Origin: Octopus bimaculoides
Lineage: Eukaryota
Reading direction: 5' to 3'
Assembly: GCF_001194135.2 (NCBI RefSeq)
Contig: NC_068982.1
Location: forward strand, 7,049,216 to 7,113,215
Length of the DNA stretch: 64,000 nucleotides
In this document: positions 24,131 to 38,670 of the stretch, one piece after another
Layout of the letters: each line of letters begins with the position of its first letter
Position numbering within the stretch: position 1 is the first letter of the stretch
Made by a program: the position numbers and the translations under genes
The notes under the pieces: generated by a model
The model's database searches: none
Told to the model about the DNA's origin: nothing
What the model saw: the letters and a program-made list of their open reading frames with translations, nothing else

Positions 24131-25356
24131 TAAGCACTTTGGTCCGATGCGTTAAGAAGTATGCCAGTTCAGTGCCTTAATTACGCAACTCATATTAATA
24201 ATATTCGGTATGAAATTTTAAACTTATTTACAGCTGCATGTGACTACAAATTCAATATATCTTTATATAAATCTACAAATAAATAGCTTAATTAATGTTT
24301 TTGCATTATACACTTAGTAACTTTTCGCTTTATAAGATTATTCGTAACACCTATCAATACTTCACATCTCATCACGATCACTTGGTAAGGTGTAAACTGC
24401 CCAGTAAATACGTTATATACTAACTTAATGCGTGTGCATATAGCATACCTGAAATTATTCGCTAATCTTACTCTAAAAGAGATTTATTACAAATCTCATC
24501 TGAGGCGTCTAAATAATTAATTTTAATTACATTCGTACCACTTCGGCCAGTTTCAAGTACCTACGCTAAATATTATATTATATATTCTCACAAAAGCTAT
24601 AATTTTAAAAGAAAATGTCATCTATGTAATTTCAACACCCACGAAGTTATTTGTTTAAGCATAACTTTATATATGTGTGGGTGTTTACGTGTGAATGTGT
24701 AGGTGTATTATGTTATAAGGAATAAGACACATTAACAGATACCATATATCTGTGTGTGCGTGTGTGTGTGTGTGTGTTTGTGTGTGTGTTTGTGTGTGTG
24801 TGTATGCGTGTGCATGCGTGTGTGTGGGCGTGCGTATGTGTGTGCGTGCATATATTTATATACCACAAAATAATTTACAGGAATAACTTACATTTACTAC
24901 TGAGTTGTTTCAAAATGCCCAATCGTTATCAGAGCGCATACTCTATGTCACTAAGAAACGAAAGCCTTTCGATGATGTCACGTGGTCGCAGTACTTGACA
25001 ATACATTCGCAATTCGATCTTTAGTGGACCGGCATGTGTTATCTGATTCCAACAAAATGCGTAAGGTTTTTCAGCGACAGTTTGCTCGACTTTTCGGAAC
25101 AAGTAGTGGGACACATCGTATGATGGACTTCAATACTTAACCTGACTGTCTACGAACACACTTGACAAAAGAAACGTGGTGTTACGAACGCTAATAATAC
25201 CAAGAAACACAGGAAGCGATGACTGGGTACACAGGTGCCCATTGTCTGGTTGATATGAGTATTCCTACGAGCTTTACTGGTCAGACTGGGCGCCTGGCAC
25301 CTCACAATCCTCTACCAGTCGGGCAATGGGATCGGTTGATGTTTCGCTTTAGAAAT

Positions 25357-26790
25357 TTATAGAGAATTTGTGGTTTCTTTAATTTTCAGCCATTCAATCA
25401 TAATTTGATTATTTAGATTATGTAGTTCTGTTGGGTCAATATTTGTGTGACTTTCTTCATCTATTTGATTTTCGTCTGCCTTAGTGTTTATGGTTGGTTC
25501 AGAGAGTATTTCACTTTGCCTATCAATTACATTAACTCTTTCAATCATTACTGTATTTTCATCAGCCTTGGCCTGGTCTATAATTATTTCCTCTGTGGTA
25601 TCTTCTTTAGCTGCAGCTTCGTTCTTTTTATCCCTTACTGTTTGTTTAATTTGGTCAATCTCTACTTCAGTCAGTAATTCTTTATCTTTCATGATGTTTC
25701 TTCTGACGTTGGCAAGTTTGTTACTGTCTATGTAGAATCTTACTTCAGGGTGTTTCTGTCTCCAGTTTAAGTAGGTTTGCACAATATTAGATTTATCTGT
25801 GGGGAAATACATGCCATGGTAGAAGGCCGTAAGAACTTCTTTATTATCTTCCCTAGACCATCTTTCATTCTTTTTCTTTTGGTTATTTGATGACGACCAT
25901 GGATGGCCATCTGTTGGAATATTCCGATTGTGGGGTACTTCCAGCTCCTGTGTGTCGGGAAGAATTGAACCAGTAGCTGATTTGTCGCCTCGAATCTGGT
26001 TCAACATTCGTGCACGTGGTCTTTTGTAATCCGGTCGATGACCATTTCGGTTTGCATTTTGTTTTGTTAACAGTGAGGCATGACGAGCTTCGACGTTGAC
26101 ATTAGGGGACGGATCTGTCTGCTTAGGGTTAATTGTTTGAGACAACACCGTCTCTGTGTTCTCTGCATGTAAACATTGCTCGTGACGTAGCTTCTTAAGG
26201 CTAACAGATCTATATCGAGTGTGTGGCCCTTTGTAATCCGGTCGACGACTAACCTGGTTTGCATTTTGCTTTGTTATCACTGAGGCATGACGAGCTTCGA
26301 CATTGACATTAGGGGATGTATTTGCCTGTTTAGCGTAAATTGTTTTGAGACAACACCGTCACCGAGTTCTCTGAATGAAAACATTGTTCGTAACGTAGCT
26401 TCTTAAGGCTAGCAGATCTGTATTCATCTGTATTTTTTTTTTGATAGATTTCTCTCCGAACATAGTTTTTTTTTTGTGGTGTTTTAAAACTTATGAATGG
26501 TTCAATCTGTCTGTGTTAGTTCGAAAAATGAGAATAAAAAAAATAATAAAAGTTTTGCTTTTGTTTTTGCTTCGTTTGTGACACATGTTTTCATATACGT
26601 AAATGTGTGTCCTGTAAATTTTACGTAGTTGTGTAAACATTGAGATATATGTGTAGTCCGATGGGTATCAAAATTTATATATATGATTGTGTAGACATTC
26701 GAGTGTATGCGTAATTACTCAATTTATGTTCTTACTATTTTGTTCCATTTCTATTTTATAATTTGTAAACTTTCCGGAGTTTGTAACAAT
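25357..26790 (-). mobile_element. 5' end of an R4/Dong-clade LINE (5' UTR + 307-aa N-terminal ORF 25357-26280), 3'-truncated
   Basis: RWSREDNKEVLTAFY...TYLNWRQKHP...IDSNKLANVRRNIMK...LTEVEIDQIK resembles the N-terminal domain I recall for R4/Dong ORFs. It begins immediately after a (TAA)n(GAA)n array at 26790-26913. Confidence 0.75.
26016..26430. repeat. 207-bp tandem duplication at the start of the R4/Dong ORF
   Basis: GTGG..CTTTGTAATCCGGTCGA...GGTTTGCATTTT...GGCT..CAGATCT at 26016 and 26223; the protein repeats KQNAN...RPDYK.P. Confidence 0.88.
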
Positions 26791-26806
26791 CTTCCTTCTT
26801 CTTCTT

Positions 26807-26914
<108 letters not shown>

Positions 26915-28194
26915 TCAGACAATTCTAGCGATGCTTCGTTTCATGCATGAGGAAGAGTGTCACTTGGCCATCAATTTGCTTATATCTGGTCACAAGGAAA
27001 ATAAACAAAAGAATGGTTGGTGTTAGCCTTGAGAGGTTTTTTTTTGTCTCTTCCTTTAAAAGTCAGCTTTTATAGTTGAACCCTAGAATCAGCAACATCT
27101 CCAAGGAGTTTTTTTTTCTTACCAAAAGTACCTAACATTGAGGATGGACAGATATGTAGCCCCTGTTTCTAGCAATTCAAGAGACTCCTTAGTGGCTATC
27201 GGAAGATTACCTAATAACAATTTAACCAAGAAGGTGTTAGTAAGAGTGCAAGGAAATATTTAATCGTGTTTTTCTCCCTATGGACCAATATAAAACTAGA
27301 AAGCAACAAGTTTTCCTTCCCTGCAGAAGTGTAAAGTAGCATAGAATAGTATGATCACTCCTGGTAATTCAATGTGCTCATGAATTATATAGCATTGCTA
27401 TAGCCGACAACGCCTGTCAACCACAATCACGCAATATATTCTAGTCTATTAATATATGTGGGTATAAACTTAACATTGAGAATTACATGTGTAAATTACA
27501 ATCCTGATTGTCGGTTTCCCTATATTTTGCTAATCCTCTAGCGATATATCTTTCTACTAGTTTAACCTATTTAAATGTTAAATAAAAGTGAGGACAGAAT
27601 TATAAGGGGGAATCGTTGACTGTGCAAAAATAAACTTATTTTCTTGTGAAGCTAACATCTTGTTCATTCAAGTATTGATTTATAACAGACACAAGCCAAC
27701 ATCGTTTTAGAGATAGAACAATTAATTTATCGATCTGTGCTTGTCGGGTGCTCGTTTCATTTTATCTGCTTCCAAAGAAAGTAAACGCAAATTTGTCCTC
27801 GGTGAGATGTAGAGTTCGAACATCTACCAGCATAATACCATTCACCTGCCAGAGATACTTTACGGGAATATTAATTCGACCACAATGTTTCAGTGTTAAA
27901 GTGTTGACCTCAGTAGGATGAAAAGCAAATTTAGTACATTTGTGATTTGTACTCGGAAAGTAAAGGGATCTAACAATTCCGCTCATACGTCAGTGAACGT
28001 AAATAACTGCCACAGGCTAAATGCCAGAAGATATTTCATTTGTTACTCTAGCCATCTATCTATTTTCTATCCATTAAAACATTGCCACAGATTAGATGTG
28101 ACTACATCACACAGGAACATGTTGAAAGGATAGTTTGTATATATAAATATATATATATATATGTATAAATATATATATATATATTTTTTTTTAA

Positions 28195-28583
28195 TATAGT
28201 TTCAGCTTAGATCTGAGGCCATGCTGATGCACCACCGTGTTGCTGATACACTGTTATTACAGGGAGCCTCTTACAATATGTGGCACTTTGTGAAGAATGG
28301 AGTTTGATTTAGCAACCCTCATTTGCACCTCCTGCCGCGAGATAGGTTCATCTGGGACTCTCGATAGGAAGAGGTCCAGCTTTGATTTAAAAACTCCTAC
28401 ATCTACTTTGTGCAGATTACTCAGGCTCTTTGGGAGAATATTAAAAAGCTGTGGGCCCCTGAATCCCAAGCTGTTGCAGTAACTGGTCCTGAAGCGCGAT
28501 GGCATTGCTGGGATCTTTGGCACTATGCAGTGTCGTCCCGTTCTGGCATTGGTGTAGCTTTCAATGCCAAAATTTGGCACAAT
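28195..28583 (-). mobile_element. CR1-clade LINE 3' end (5' part in gap)
   Basis: PNFGIESYTNARTGRHC...GPQLFNILPK...FKSKLDLFLSRVPDEP, then 3' UTR GGTGGTGCATCAGCATGGCCTCAG...CTGAAAC and an A-rich tail. Confidence 0.9.
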
Positions 28584-30491
28584 NNNNNNNNNNNNNNNNN
28601 NNNNNNNNNNNNNNNNNNNNNNNNNNNNNNNNNNNNNNNNNNNNNNNNNNNNNNNNNNNNNNNNNNNNNNNNNNNNNNNNNNNNNNNNNNNNNNNNNNNN
28701 NNNNNNNNNNNNNNNNNNNNNNNNNNNNNNNNNNNNNNNNNNNNNNNNNNNNNNNNNNNNNNNNNNNNNNNNNNNNNNNNNNNNNNNNNNNNNNNNNNNN
28801 NNNNNNNNNNNNNNNNNNNNNNNNNNNNNNNNNNNNNNNNNNNNNNNNNNNNNNNNNNNNNNNNNNNNNNNNNNNNNNNNNNNNNNNNNNNNNNNNNNNN
28901 NNNNNNNNNNNNNNNNNNNNNNNNNNNNNNNNNNNNNNNNNNNNNNNNNNNNNNNNNNNNNNNNNNNNNNNNNNNNNNNNNNNNNNNNNNNNNNNNNNNN
29001 NNNNNNNNNNNNNNNNNNNNNNNNNNNNNNNNNNNNNNNNNNNNNNNNNNNNNNNNNNNNNNNNNNNNNNNNNNNNNNNNNNNNNNNNNNNNNNNNNNNN
29101 NNNNNNNNNNNNNNNNNNNNNNNNNNNNNNNNNNNNNNNNNNNNNNNNNNNNNNNNNNNNNNNNNNNNNNNNNNNNNNNNNNNNNNNNNNNNNNNNNNNN
29201 NNNNNNNNNNNNNNNNNNNNNNNNNNNNNNNNNNNNNNNNNNNNNNNNNNNNNNNNNNNNNNNNNNNNNNNNNNNNNNNNNNNNNNNNNNNNNNNNNNNN
29301 NNNNNNNNNNNNNNNNNNNNNNNNNNNNNNNNNNNNNNNNNNNNNNNNNNNNNNNNNNNNNNNNNNNNNNNNNNNNNNNNNNNNNNNNNNNNNNNNNNNN
29401 NNNNNNNNNNNNNNNNNNNNNNNNNNNNNNNNNNNNNNNNNNNNNNNNNNNNNNNNNNNNNNNNNNNNNNNNNNNNNNNNNNNNNNNNNNNNNNNNNNNN
29501 NNNNNNNNNNNNNNNNNNNNNNNNNNNNNNNNNNNNNNNNNNNNNNNNNNNNNATATATATATATATATATAATATAATATACTTTTTATATTTTATCAG
29601 TCATTACATGATGACTCACGAAATTCGAATTCAAAGGATCGTGTTGGTTCGTTGTCATAACAGAGATTTAATACTGTATTTTATTGAAGATTACTTAAGT
29701 GGTATGACATGAACAGATAAAGCGTCTCTAACCATGGCTTGTCACTGGTAGTCCGCATTTATTACCTAGCACAGTTTCAGATTTGAATTATAAATAAAAC
29801 TTAAATTTCATATGAATTGCTTGACATAGCGTTCTGGTATGCAGAACACAATGTTGTATAAATATGTGTGTTCTGAGATGCAACAATGAAATCAATATAT
29901 ATGTCCTTCTGTGGTGGAATCGATTCCTGGGCATAAAACTATATTATTTACAACTTCAATAATGCATTTTCATAGCTTTTCTAACAACAGCTTATGGCAG
30001 CAACACTGCTTCTGAATATCAAGGGATATGTCCTACATATACACCTCTCTTCTCTGTAATGACTACCTTTAAATGCAACTTAGTTGTATTTATGGGGACT
30101 ACGGTTTTCTTAATAATTTCTATACACAAGTTTTAGTCACGAACGGAGATGGTGAGTTTATGATGGAGGCCGATATTTTAGCATAGGAACATAACAGGAA
30201 CTGAACATATAAACAAAATACAAATACGCGAGCATGCAATGTAACACCACGTGACTGGTACAGCGTCTCTTCCCAATAAGGACAAGTGGCCGGTCTGCGA
30301 CTTGTTGGTTTTCTATTGTCCTAACTAGACGTAAGCACATCAACAGTTTGGTGTTCTGGACTATCATCCTGGGGCCTCAGTAATTGCCGTAACGACGACA
30401 TCTACTACGGTGGTTGAAGTATTCTACACGCTTACTGAAACACTTGAAATATTTTTACGACTATTTTACCGATAATTACATTTTTCGGAAA

Positions 30492-30880
30492 AGGTAGGGA
30501 GCTGGCAGAACCGTTACCGGAATTTCGTTTGTCTTAATGTTCTTTCTTCAAATTCAACCGAAGCCCAATTAGCCTTTCATCTTTTTGGGGTCGATAAAAT
30601 AAGCATCAGTTGGCCACTGGAGTCGGTGTAATCATCTTAACCCATCTTCTGAAATTGCTGGCCATGTGCCAAAATTTAAAACCAATTTTTCAGGCCATGA
30701 ATTGGCGGAATCTTTAGAGTGCCATATGAAACGCATTGCAGTGTTATTTTCGGTTCTTTACATTCTGCGTTCAAATCCGTCAGAAGTCAACTTTGCCCTT
30801 AATCACTCCGAGGTCGATAAAACAAAATTAGAGTTAAGTGATGAGGTCGGTAGCATCGACTTACCATTTCCTCTAAATTA
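30492..30880 (+). mobile_element. Two tandem degenerate SINE B copies (tail type 2 on the first)
   Basis: GAGCTGGCAGAA heads, TTCAAAT B-boxes, GCCTTTCATC...GGTCGATAAAA cores. Confidence 0.7.
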
Positions 30881-31619
30881 GAAATAATTATCATTACTAT
30901 ATTTTGCACCATATATTTTATTATAATTATAGTTCTCTGCTACAAACGTCCAGAGATTTCGGAGGTCTCAGTTTCACAAAAAAAAACCATAAACGCAAGT
31001 CAAGTAATGTTTGCTGAGTGTTTAAAATATTTCAGCCACTGATATTGTGCAAAATTGACGTCGCCATGGCAATTACTCGAGTTTCAATAAGATTATGCAG
31101 TAGATTTCACTTTTTTTTTTATATAATTTCTGCTATAGATGGATATTATGAATAAGAGTTTTGATATGAATAGTTTTTTTATGATTATTCGAAACATCGA
31201 TGATAGTCTGTATAGTCCTTCATTCGACGACTGGTTTCATCGACTTCTCACTCTCATCCAAAATACGTATGTCAATGTACATCATATAATTATAGGTATT
31301 ATTAATGTTACCTGAAGTTTCTCTTGTTTAGTCGAAACTACTATGCAGATCCGTTGCTCACACAATGAAATGGTTGTTTGATTTGGTGGAAACGATAGCC
31401 AAATTTATTAAAAAGGAAGGGCAATACAACATGCTTTGAAAAACGAGAACATGATCGCAAATGGAATGCATCTGAAGACAGCTCTTCTCAAGCGTGACTG
31501 CCCTGGAATTAGAAAACAACAACAATAACAGCTGTTGTTCATTTGAAAGTTTGTCGTTCTGATTATTAAGTCGGAGCTTATCCTTGATTCGGAAGACCTA
31601 TGAAGAGTCATTCTGGTTG

Positions 31620-32010
31620 TAAATACCACAGTATCACAGTATCGATCATCAGATGCCTTTATACACCATTGGGAACATACCGCTTCCAATTCTGTATTCA
31701 TTGTACCATTCTTTTCCATCTTGATCCAAATTACTTAACTAGATTGTCTTCCCATCGTTGTGGAACCTTTCCAAATAGCCTTTTCCTGATCTTTTGGATA
31801 TTACACGGCAAATGCACGGATCAACTTGTCTGTGAACCTTGTCACATGTCCGGCCTAACGGAACTTGTGCTTTCGGCACTCTTGAACCGCTGCAGATACG
31901 CTTCCAAGTATAGGATGAGATGCCAAAAAATTCCATACGGAGAGCAAAAATCGGTCTTTGGACTCACCAAATTCACTCCAGTTTACCGACATCTATCGCA
32001 TATCACCTCG
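31620..32010 (-). mobile_element. Decayed RTE-clade LINE 3' end (second RTE family)
   Basis: RKHKFR*AGHVTRFTD...YPKD, frameshifting to KRLFGKVPQRWEDNLVK*FGSRWKRM; short (GATACTGT)n tail. Confidence 0.7.
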
Positions 32011-32552
32011 TAGAACTTTTCTTTTCATTCATTTATTTCACCAGCAAACAGACCGTCCAAAAAAATTTCGACTATCTAGAAAATAACTAACTCTTTGATA
32101 CTTTTAAATGCATTCTCCACCAAGTACACTGAATTTTATCTATGGCCTTTTGCCTACCGAATCGTTTAACTATAATTGAAACGTGTGCTGTGAAAAGAAA
32201 AGAAAATCCATCATTCATCCATTGTCCATGTATTTTTAAAGATATCAACAGTTCTCATTATTACTATTCATTTATTTTGAATAAAGGAATAGTAATAATC
32301 CTGGAAATGAAACTTGATGCATTATTTTATTGTTTTCTGTGCGTTGCCTTATCGGAAACATCTTGTTAGACTTACAAGGGTTAAAAAAACCTACTGATTT
32401 ATATTACGTAAAATAACGTACTATGTATATTAATTTTATAATTTTATAATTTTAATTTTAATTTCATTTTGCTCCAATTTATTTTAAAAATTAATAGCCT
32501 ACACATTTTCTTCTTCAATTGCAAGCTTCTTTCGTTAACAAATGTATTAATC

Positions 32553-32592
<40 letters not shown>

Positions 32593-33453
32593 NNNNNNNN
32601 NNNNNNNNNNNNNNNNNNNNNNNNNNNNNNNNNNNNNNNNNNNNNNNNNNNNNNNNNNNNNNNNNNNNNNNNNNNNNNNNNNNNNNNNNNNNNNNNNNNN
32701 NNNNNNNNNNNNNNNNNNNNNNNNNNNNNNNNNNNNNNNNNNNNNNNNNNNNNNNNNNNNNNNNNNNNNNNNNNNNNNNNNNNNNNNNNNNNNNNNNNNN
32801 NNNNNNNNNNNNNNNNNNNNNNNNNNNNNNNNNNNNNNNNNNNNNNNNNNNNNNNNNNNNNNNNNNNNNNNNNNNNNNNNNNNNNNNNNNNNNNNNNNNN
32901 NNNNNNNNNNNNNNNNNNNNNNNNNNNNNNNNNNNNNNNNNNNNNNNNNNNNNNNNNNNNNNNNNNNNNNNNNNNNNNNNNNNNNNNNNNNNNNNNNNNN
33001 NNNNNNNNNNNNNNNNNNNNNNNNNNNNNNNNNNNNNNNNNNNNNNNNNNNNNNNNNNNNNNNNNNNNNNNNNNNNNNNNNNNNNNNNNNNNNNNNNNNN
33101 NNNNNNNNNNNNNNNNNNNNNNNNNNNNNNNNNNNNNNNNNNNNNNNNNNNNNNNNNNNNNNNNNNNNNNNNNNNNNNNNNNNNNNNNNNNNNNNNNNNN
33201 NNNNNNNNNNNNNNNNNNNNNNNNNNNNNNNNNNNNNNNNNNNNNNNNNNNNNNNNNNNNNNNNNNNNNNNNNNNNNNNNNNNNNNNNNNNNNNNNNNNN
33301 NNNNNNNNNNNNNNNNNNNNNNNNNNNNNNNNNNNNNNNNNNNNNNNNNNNNNNNNNNNNNNNNNNNNNNNNNNNNNNNNNNNNNNNNNNNNNNNNNNNN
33401 NNNNNNNNNNNNNNNNNNNNNNNNNNNNNNATACAGACAGACAAGGAGAATAC

Positions 33454-33454
<1 letters not shown>

Positions 33455-33486
<32 letters not shown>

Positions 33487-33561
33487 GTAGGTAGGTAGGT
33501 AGGCAGGTAGGTAGGTAGGTAGGTAGGTAGGTAGGTAAGTAGGTAGGTAGGTAGGTAGGTA
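33455..33561. repeat. (GATA)n(GGTA)n microsatellite
   Basis: Direct reading. Confidence 0.95.
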
Positions 33562-33867
33562 TGCATGAGAGAGAGTGTGAGTGTGTGTGTGAGAGAGAGA
33601 CTTCATTAGAGATATTAGAACCGGATGTAGAAATAAAATAAACGAAAGAGACTCGGAGGAAACATGTCTTATATCTACAGTTGCTCATATCTACAAGAAA
33701 TGCTTTCAACGTCTAAAGTGAAATTAACGACTTGAAAGCTTTGAACTGAAAGTGGAGACAATCTCATTATCGTTTACGAAGAACGAAGAAATATGCATGC
33801 ACGCAAAAAAAATGTGTCTTTGAAATGAAAAAAGATTGATATACATACATATATGTGTGTGTGTGTG

Positions 33868-33903
<36 letters not shown>

Positions 33904-36900
33904 NNNNNNNNNNNNNNNNNNNNNNNNNNNNNNNNNNNNNNNNNNNNNNNNNNNNNNNNNNNNNNNNNNNNNNNNNNNNNNNNNNNNNNNNNNNNNNNNN
34001 NNNNNNNNNNNNNNNNNNNNNNNNNNNNNNNNNNNNNNNNNATATATGTATGTATGTATGTATATATATATATATATACATATGTATACATATATATATA
34101 TACATATATATATATGTATGTGTGTATATATATGTGTATATACATACATATATAGACACACATATATACATACATGCATACGTATTTATATACACACACA
34201 CAAGATATATATTGTATTCTTCTTTATATAAATATATATATATATATATTATGTGTGTGTGTATGTGTGTGGAAATTGTTAGTCAATGTATATGTGTATA
34301 TTTTACAAATACTAAGATATGAGGTCGATTATATATTACTTACTGGTTGACTTAAAGATATAATGAATGAAACCTACATAAATCAGTTTTATGTAAATAT
34401 TTATTAATCTGTTAAACAAATACTCTTCATAAGATAAATAAAACCAGTGGTTATAACTTTGAACAGATTTCTACGAAAGCCGAGTCAACTACATTCATAT
34501 TATTGATAAATATTGACGCTTGATGCCGGCAGACGAGACAATACAGCAAATTAGTATCTTAGAATGCTACAATTACATTTTCAGTAGTTGTTTATATTCT
34601 CTCTCTCTTAGAAGGGGCAGTGCCTTAAACGTTAGAATCTTAGAATCAGTGTCTCAGCTCAACAAATCAGTTTACTCTGATCCAACAACGATTCCTTTTT
34701 GCCGGTGCAGACCACCACCAGTTCATTAGATTATGACTTTTGTCATTGTTATCGTTGTTTAGATCTATCTCTGCCTGAAGTGTGGACTATTGCAGTCATA
34801 CAAAGTCCGTTTACTAGCCATACGGTCACTAACTGCATGCTGTATTAAAACCCTACAATACAGAGTTTATTTAACGAGATACTCCTTGTGAAATCACATG
34901 ACGAGACACTTCTCGTACAGAGGGATGCACCACAACCAGTTGTACAGTATCGCATCCTCTAGGGATCGATGTAAGAGGAGTCGAAACGATTATTGTGAGT
35001 AATAAAACCTGTGAGCAATAAACTTTGTTGTGAGCAATAAAGTTTCTCTATAATTTGTTATACACACACACACATACACACGCACACACACACACATGCA
35101 CGCGCGTGGGTGGGAATGTGTGTGGTTGTGTATGTGTGTTTGTGTGTGTGTGAGTATGTGTGTGCCAGCCAAAAGAAAGTGGGATTAGTAACCAGACGAA
35201 ATAGTTCTTAAGCTGTCTGTAAATAAAAAAAAATACATCTTGCTTCTGATCTGTATTGTACATCTGATGATCTGGAATCAAAATGTCTCATTAGTCAAAG
35301 TTCTAAATCTGTGGTTCTGTCACCAAGTCAAAGTGGTATGTTTTTACAGAGTATTAGAGAAAACAGACAAAGATAAAGGGCTATATACATTTATTTATTA
35401 GAGATTTACAGCTGTTTCAGGTTGAATCTTATCTATCGATTGATTGATCGACAGGAAATACAGAAAACCGCCACCCAAGGTATCTTCTTCCTTGGAAGAA
35501 TCGATCGATTGATTAGATTGTGTGTTGCTGGTTGCACTTCGTTTGGAAACAGCTTATTTCTGATGGGTATTTCGTGTTCATTGGTTTTTCGCTTTTAGGT
35601 GGGGCACACAAACAGCTTCCTCTTAGACCGTGTATGAATGTATGCACCCTCGGTTCATATTCCAAAGCATACACCAGCATGCACGCACATACACACACAT
35701 TAACACATACACTTAGTCGCACACTCATATATTCACGAACAGACAGACACATACATACTTATTGAATTGTAACTGACTGTCCTCATTTCTTTTTATAATT
35801 GTCTGTTCATGAAATCCGAAATTAAGTTTCATCAAAAGGAAGATGAAACTTGCATTCTGAGCGCGTTGATGAATGTACGTCTCTTTTGATATAGCGCCCT
35901 AATATTTAATTGTACAAGGGATTACATTTTCTATGGGCGAGAGAAATACAGCCGATTAAAACAATAGCCTTGTGGTTGAACAGTGCTTCATGTTATTCAT
36001 CCTGGAATAATATTTGATAAAGCTGACCTCGGTAAAATTAGAATTTGGAATGTACAGGACCGTGAGTACATCTTGCAAGTGTTCTAACGACTCTGCAAAT
36101 GTACATTCTTAAAATACTTATAATAAAAATTTTAACAGAAGTAAAAGAAATTAACAGATCATTTAAAGATCAAAGACATATTTAAAAATAAACAAAACCA
36201 CTATAGCTATATATTCTACGAAACTCGCAGAGCCCATAATTATATTTTAAAGGAAATCCCTGCCATTTGAATAATTTGAATGATGAAAATGTTTATTTAG
36301 AGAGACAATTTATTCGTATAAAAAACATATATATAACATACAATTAAAAAAAAACTGTGAATAATGTACTTATATGAAAAAAATATTTTTAAAAGCATTA
36401 TTAAAAGACACTTTATATCAATAGAATTTAATAGAATTTAATACAGAATCTACTTTGAGAAAAACTGGGTTAAGGCAGCCATTTTCAATCACTTTCTATC
36501 CATAGTAAGTAGAATAAGGCACTAAAAGTATTAATGCACCTCATCACTTTCATAAAAGCTTTGTTCTGTGACCAAAATTACGTTAGAATTGTTTAAAGAC
36601 AGCCAGCAGCGCATATTGCAAATTGCTACAAATAATTACAGAGGTACCGAAGTGAGGCATTAAATTTACTCAATTCCGTTAGATGTCCTGACATTTTACA
36701 ACTTGCCTCAAAACCTCGCCAGACAACTGCGGACTACATAAAGCACACAAATCTGTCGCAGCACAGTATTCTGTGGATAAGAAAATAGATAAGAATTAGG
36801 CAGTGTGTTGCTGTTCTTGTTGTTGTTAGATAAAACCAAGAAAAAGAAAAAAAAACTTTAATTTAATAACAGTAACTAAAACAACTCTAATCGATAAAGT

Positions 36901-38065
36901 CTTAGTTATTTTACAACCAACTCATTACATGGTATGAAATAACATCAATAACGCCAGAACATGTAGTAATGGGATAACATGGGAGGGGGTTGTATCGGTG
37001 AGATGGGGAATATGCCAATATTCAAATACATCTCCTTTAAGGTTCACAGTACACCCTTCCACTATTCTTGGCTATTATCACAGCTTATACCGTCACCTGT
37101 GGAACTGAAGATACTTATTACTATCACGACAACTACTGCTGCCTCCAAGTCACAGCCACCATCGCCACCAACACCACCACCACCACCACAATAGTTTCTA
37201 GCGCTACTGTCGCCACCATTATTCTCCTCTACTGTTGCTTTCGGCATCTGAGGTAGCTGCTTCTAGTGGCACTGCAGGGAGCAAGTAACGACACCACCGT
37301 GCATAGATTCTTACAATTGTTGCATGTCTGCATGTTCGCCTGTAAATCATTAAGCATGTGGAACGGGTGGAGAAAGCAGACGATCGTTAGGAGAAGGAGA
37401 GAAGCAAGGGAAACAGTGATACTGAAGCAGGGAGAGGGATGCAGAGTGTGTGTAAAAGAGAAAGTGAGAGAAGGAGAGAGGAGAGCAGAGAGTGATTCAC
37501 ATGATAGGAAAGAAATGCTAACAACAGTAAGAGAGAAGAGAAAGAGAAAGAAATATCGGAGAAATAGTGTGACTAAACAAGAGAGTAAGAAAGAAAATTA
37601 AGGGAAGAGTCATGAAATGAAAGAAAAAGAGGTTAAACGAGGGAAGATAGACAAACTTAGAAAACTTACAGGACAAACCATTCCTTTATATTGCCAATGC
37701 TTACTGAGAACGGCTTGAATATCATGACTTCACAATAATTTTAACTGAGGAATTAGGAACCCTTATATGAACATTTAATAGAATCTGTGTTTTGAGTAAT
37801 ATAAATCTTCGCAGCGCATGCATCAGCACACATTCATTGTCAGCCTAGTCCCAGCAATAAACAACGATTTTAGATTATATCATCACATAATCTTGACAAT
37901 AATACGCTTTAAGCTGTTTTGAACCTCTAACACTCGCGACCCTTATTGACATATCAATAATCCTGCTCGATCCATTGTTTTTTGTTTTTTGTCTACAGAA
38001 TATTCTAAAGAGTAGCACGAAACATTTCAAACAATTGTCATAGAAATATTTCCCAGTTAATAAAG

Positions 38066-38170
38066 AAGGTGGCCAGCTGGCGGAATCGGTAGCAGGCTGA
38101 GCGAAATGGTTAGCGGTATTTCGTCTGTCTTTATGATCTGAGTTCAAATTCCGCCGAGATCAACTTTACA
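38066..38170 (+). mobile_element. SINE family B 5' half
   Basis: GGTGGCCAGCTGGCGGAATCG...GAGTTCAAATTCCGCCGAGATCAACTTT. Confidence 0.8.
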
Positions 38171-38199
38171 TTTTGGCAACTTTATTTCTGGCTACAATT

Positions 38200-38420
38200 T
38201 ACGATCATTTTTTACTTTTCATTTGAAAAGGAAGGTGTGTTTGGAGAAGAGATGTCTGTCGGAGTGTACGTTCCAAAAGAGATGGAAGCATGTTGCACGA
38301 GTGTTGTGCGTACAAGGAACCGTACGAATAGACGGAAAAAAGTACAAAAAAAAAGGTACCAGTGATAGATCGGGGCTTGTGGGGTTGGAGCGTGGCCTGA
38401 TCATCGTTTCATTTGTATTG
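38200..38420 (+). mobile_element. Tx1/L1-clade LINE 3' end
   Basis: KRKVCLEKRCLSECTFQKRWKHVARVLCVQG resembles the Tx1 ORF2 C-terminus, followed by a T-rich 3' UTR. Confidence 0.55.
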
Positions 38421-38559
38421 ACTCTTTAATGTTAATTTCATTTGATTTTTTTATATATTTTATTTAATTTATAAAGTCATATTTTATGTAAAATCATATC
38501 AATTTACTGATCCCATCAGTTGTTCTGTCCATTTCTATGTTTAGCCCCCGGTGAGCAAT

Positions 38560-38670
38560 AAAGAAATTGGTATTTCGTCTGTCTTTATGTTTTGAGTTCA
38601 AATTCCGCCGAGGTCGACTTTGCCTTTCATCCTTTCGGGGCTGATAAATTAAGTACGAGTTGCGTACAAA
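38560..38670 (+). mobile_element. SINE family B central fragment
   Basis: GAGTTCAAATTCCGCCGAGGTCGACTTTGCCTTTCATCCTTTCGGGG. Confidence 0.85.

Noticed and set aside
36979-37601. Short ORFs rich in T/P/G or R/E/K
   Set aside because: Degenerate (CAC)n and purine-rich low-complexity DNA with no domain signature.
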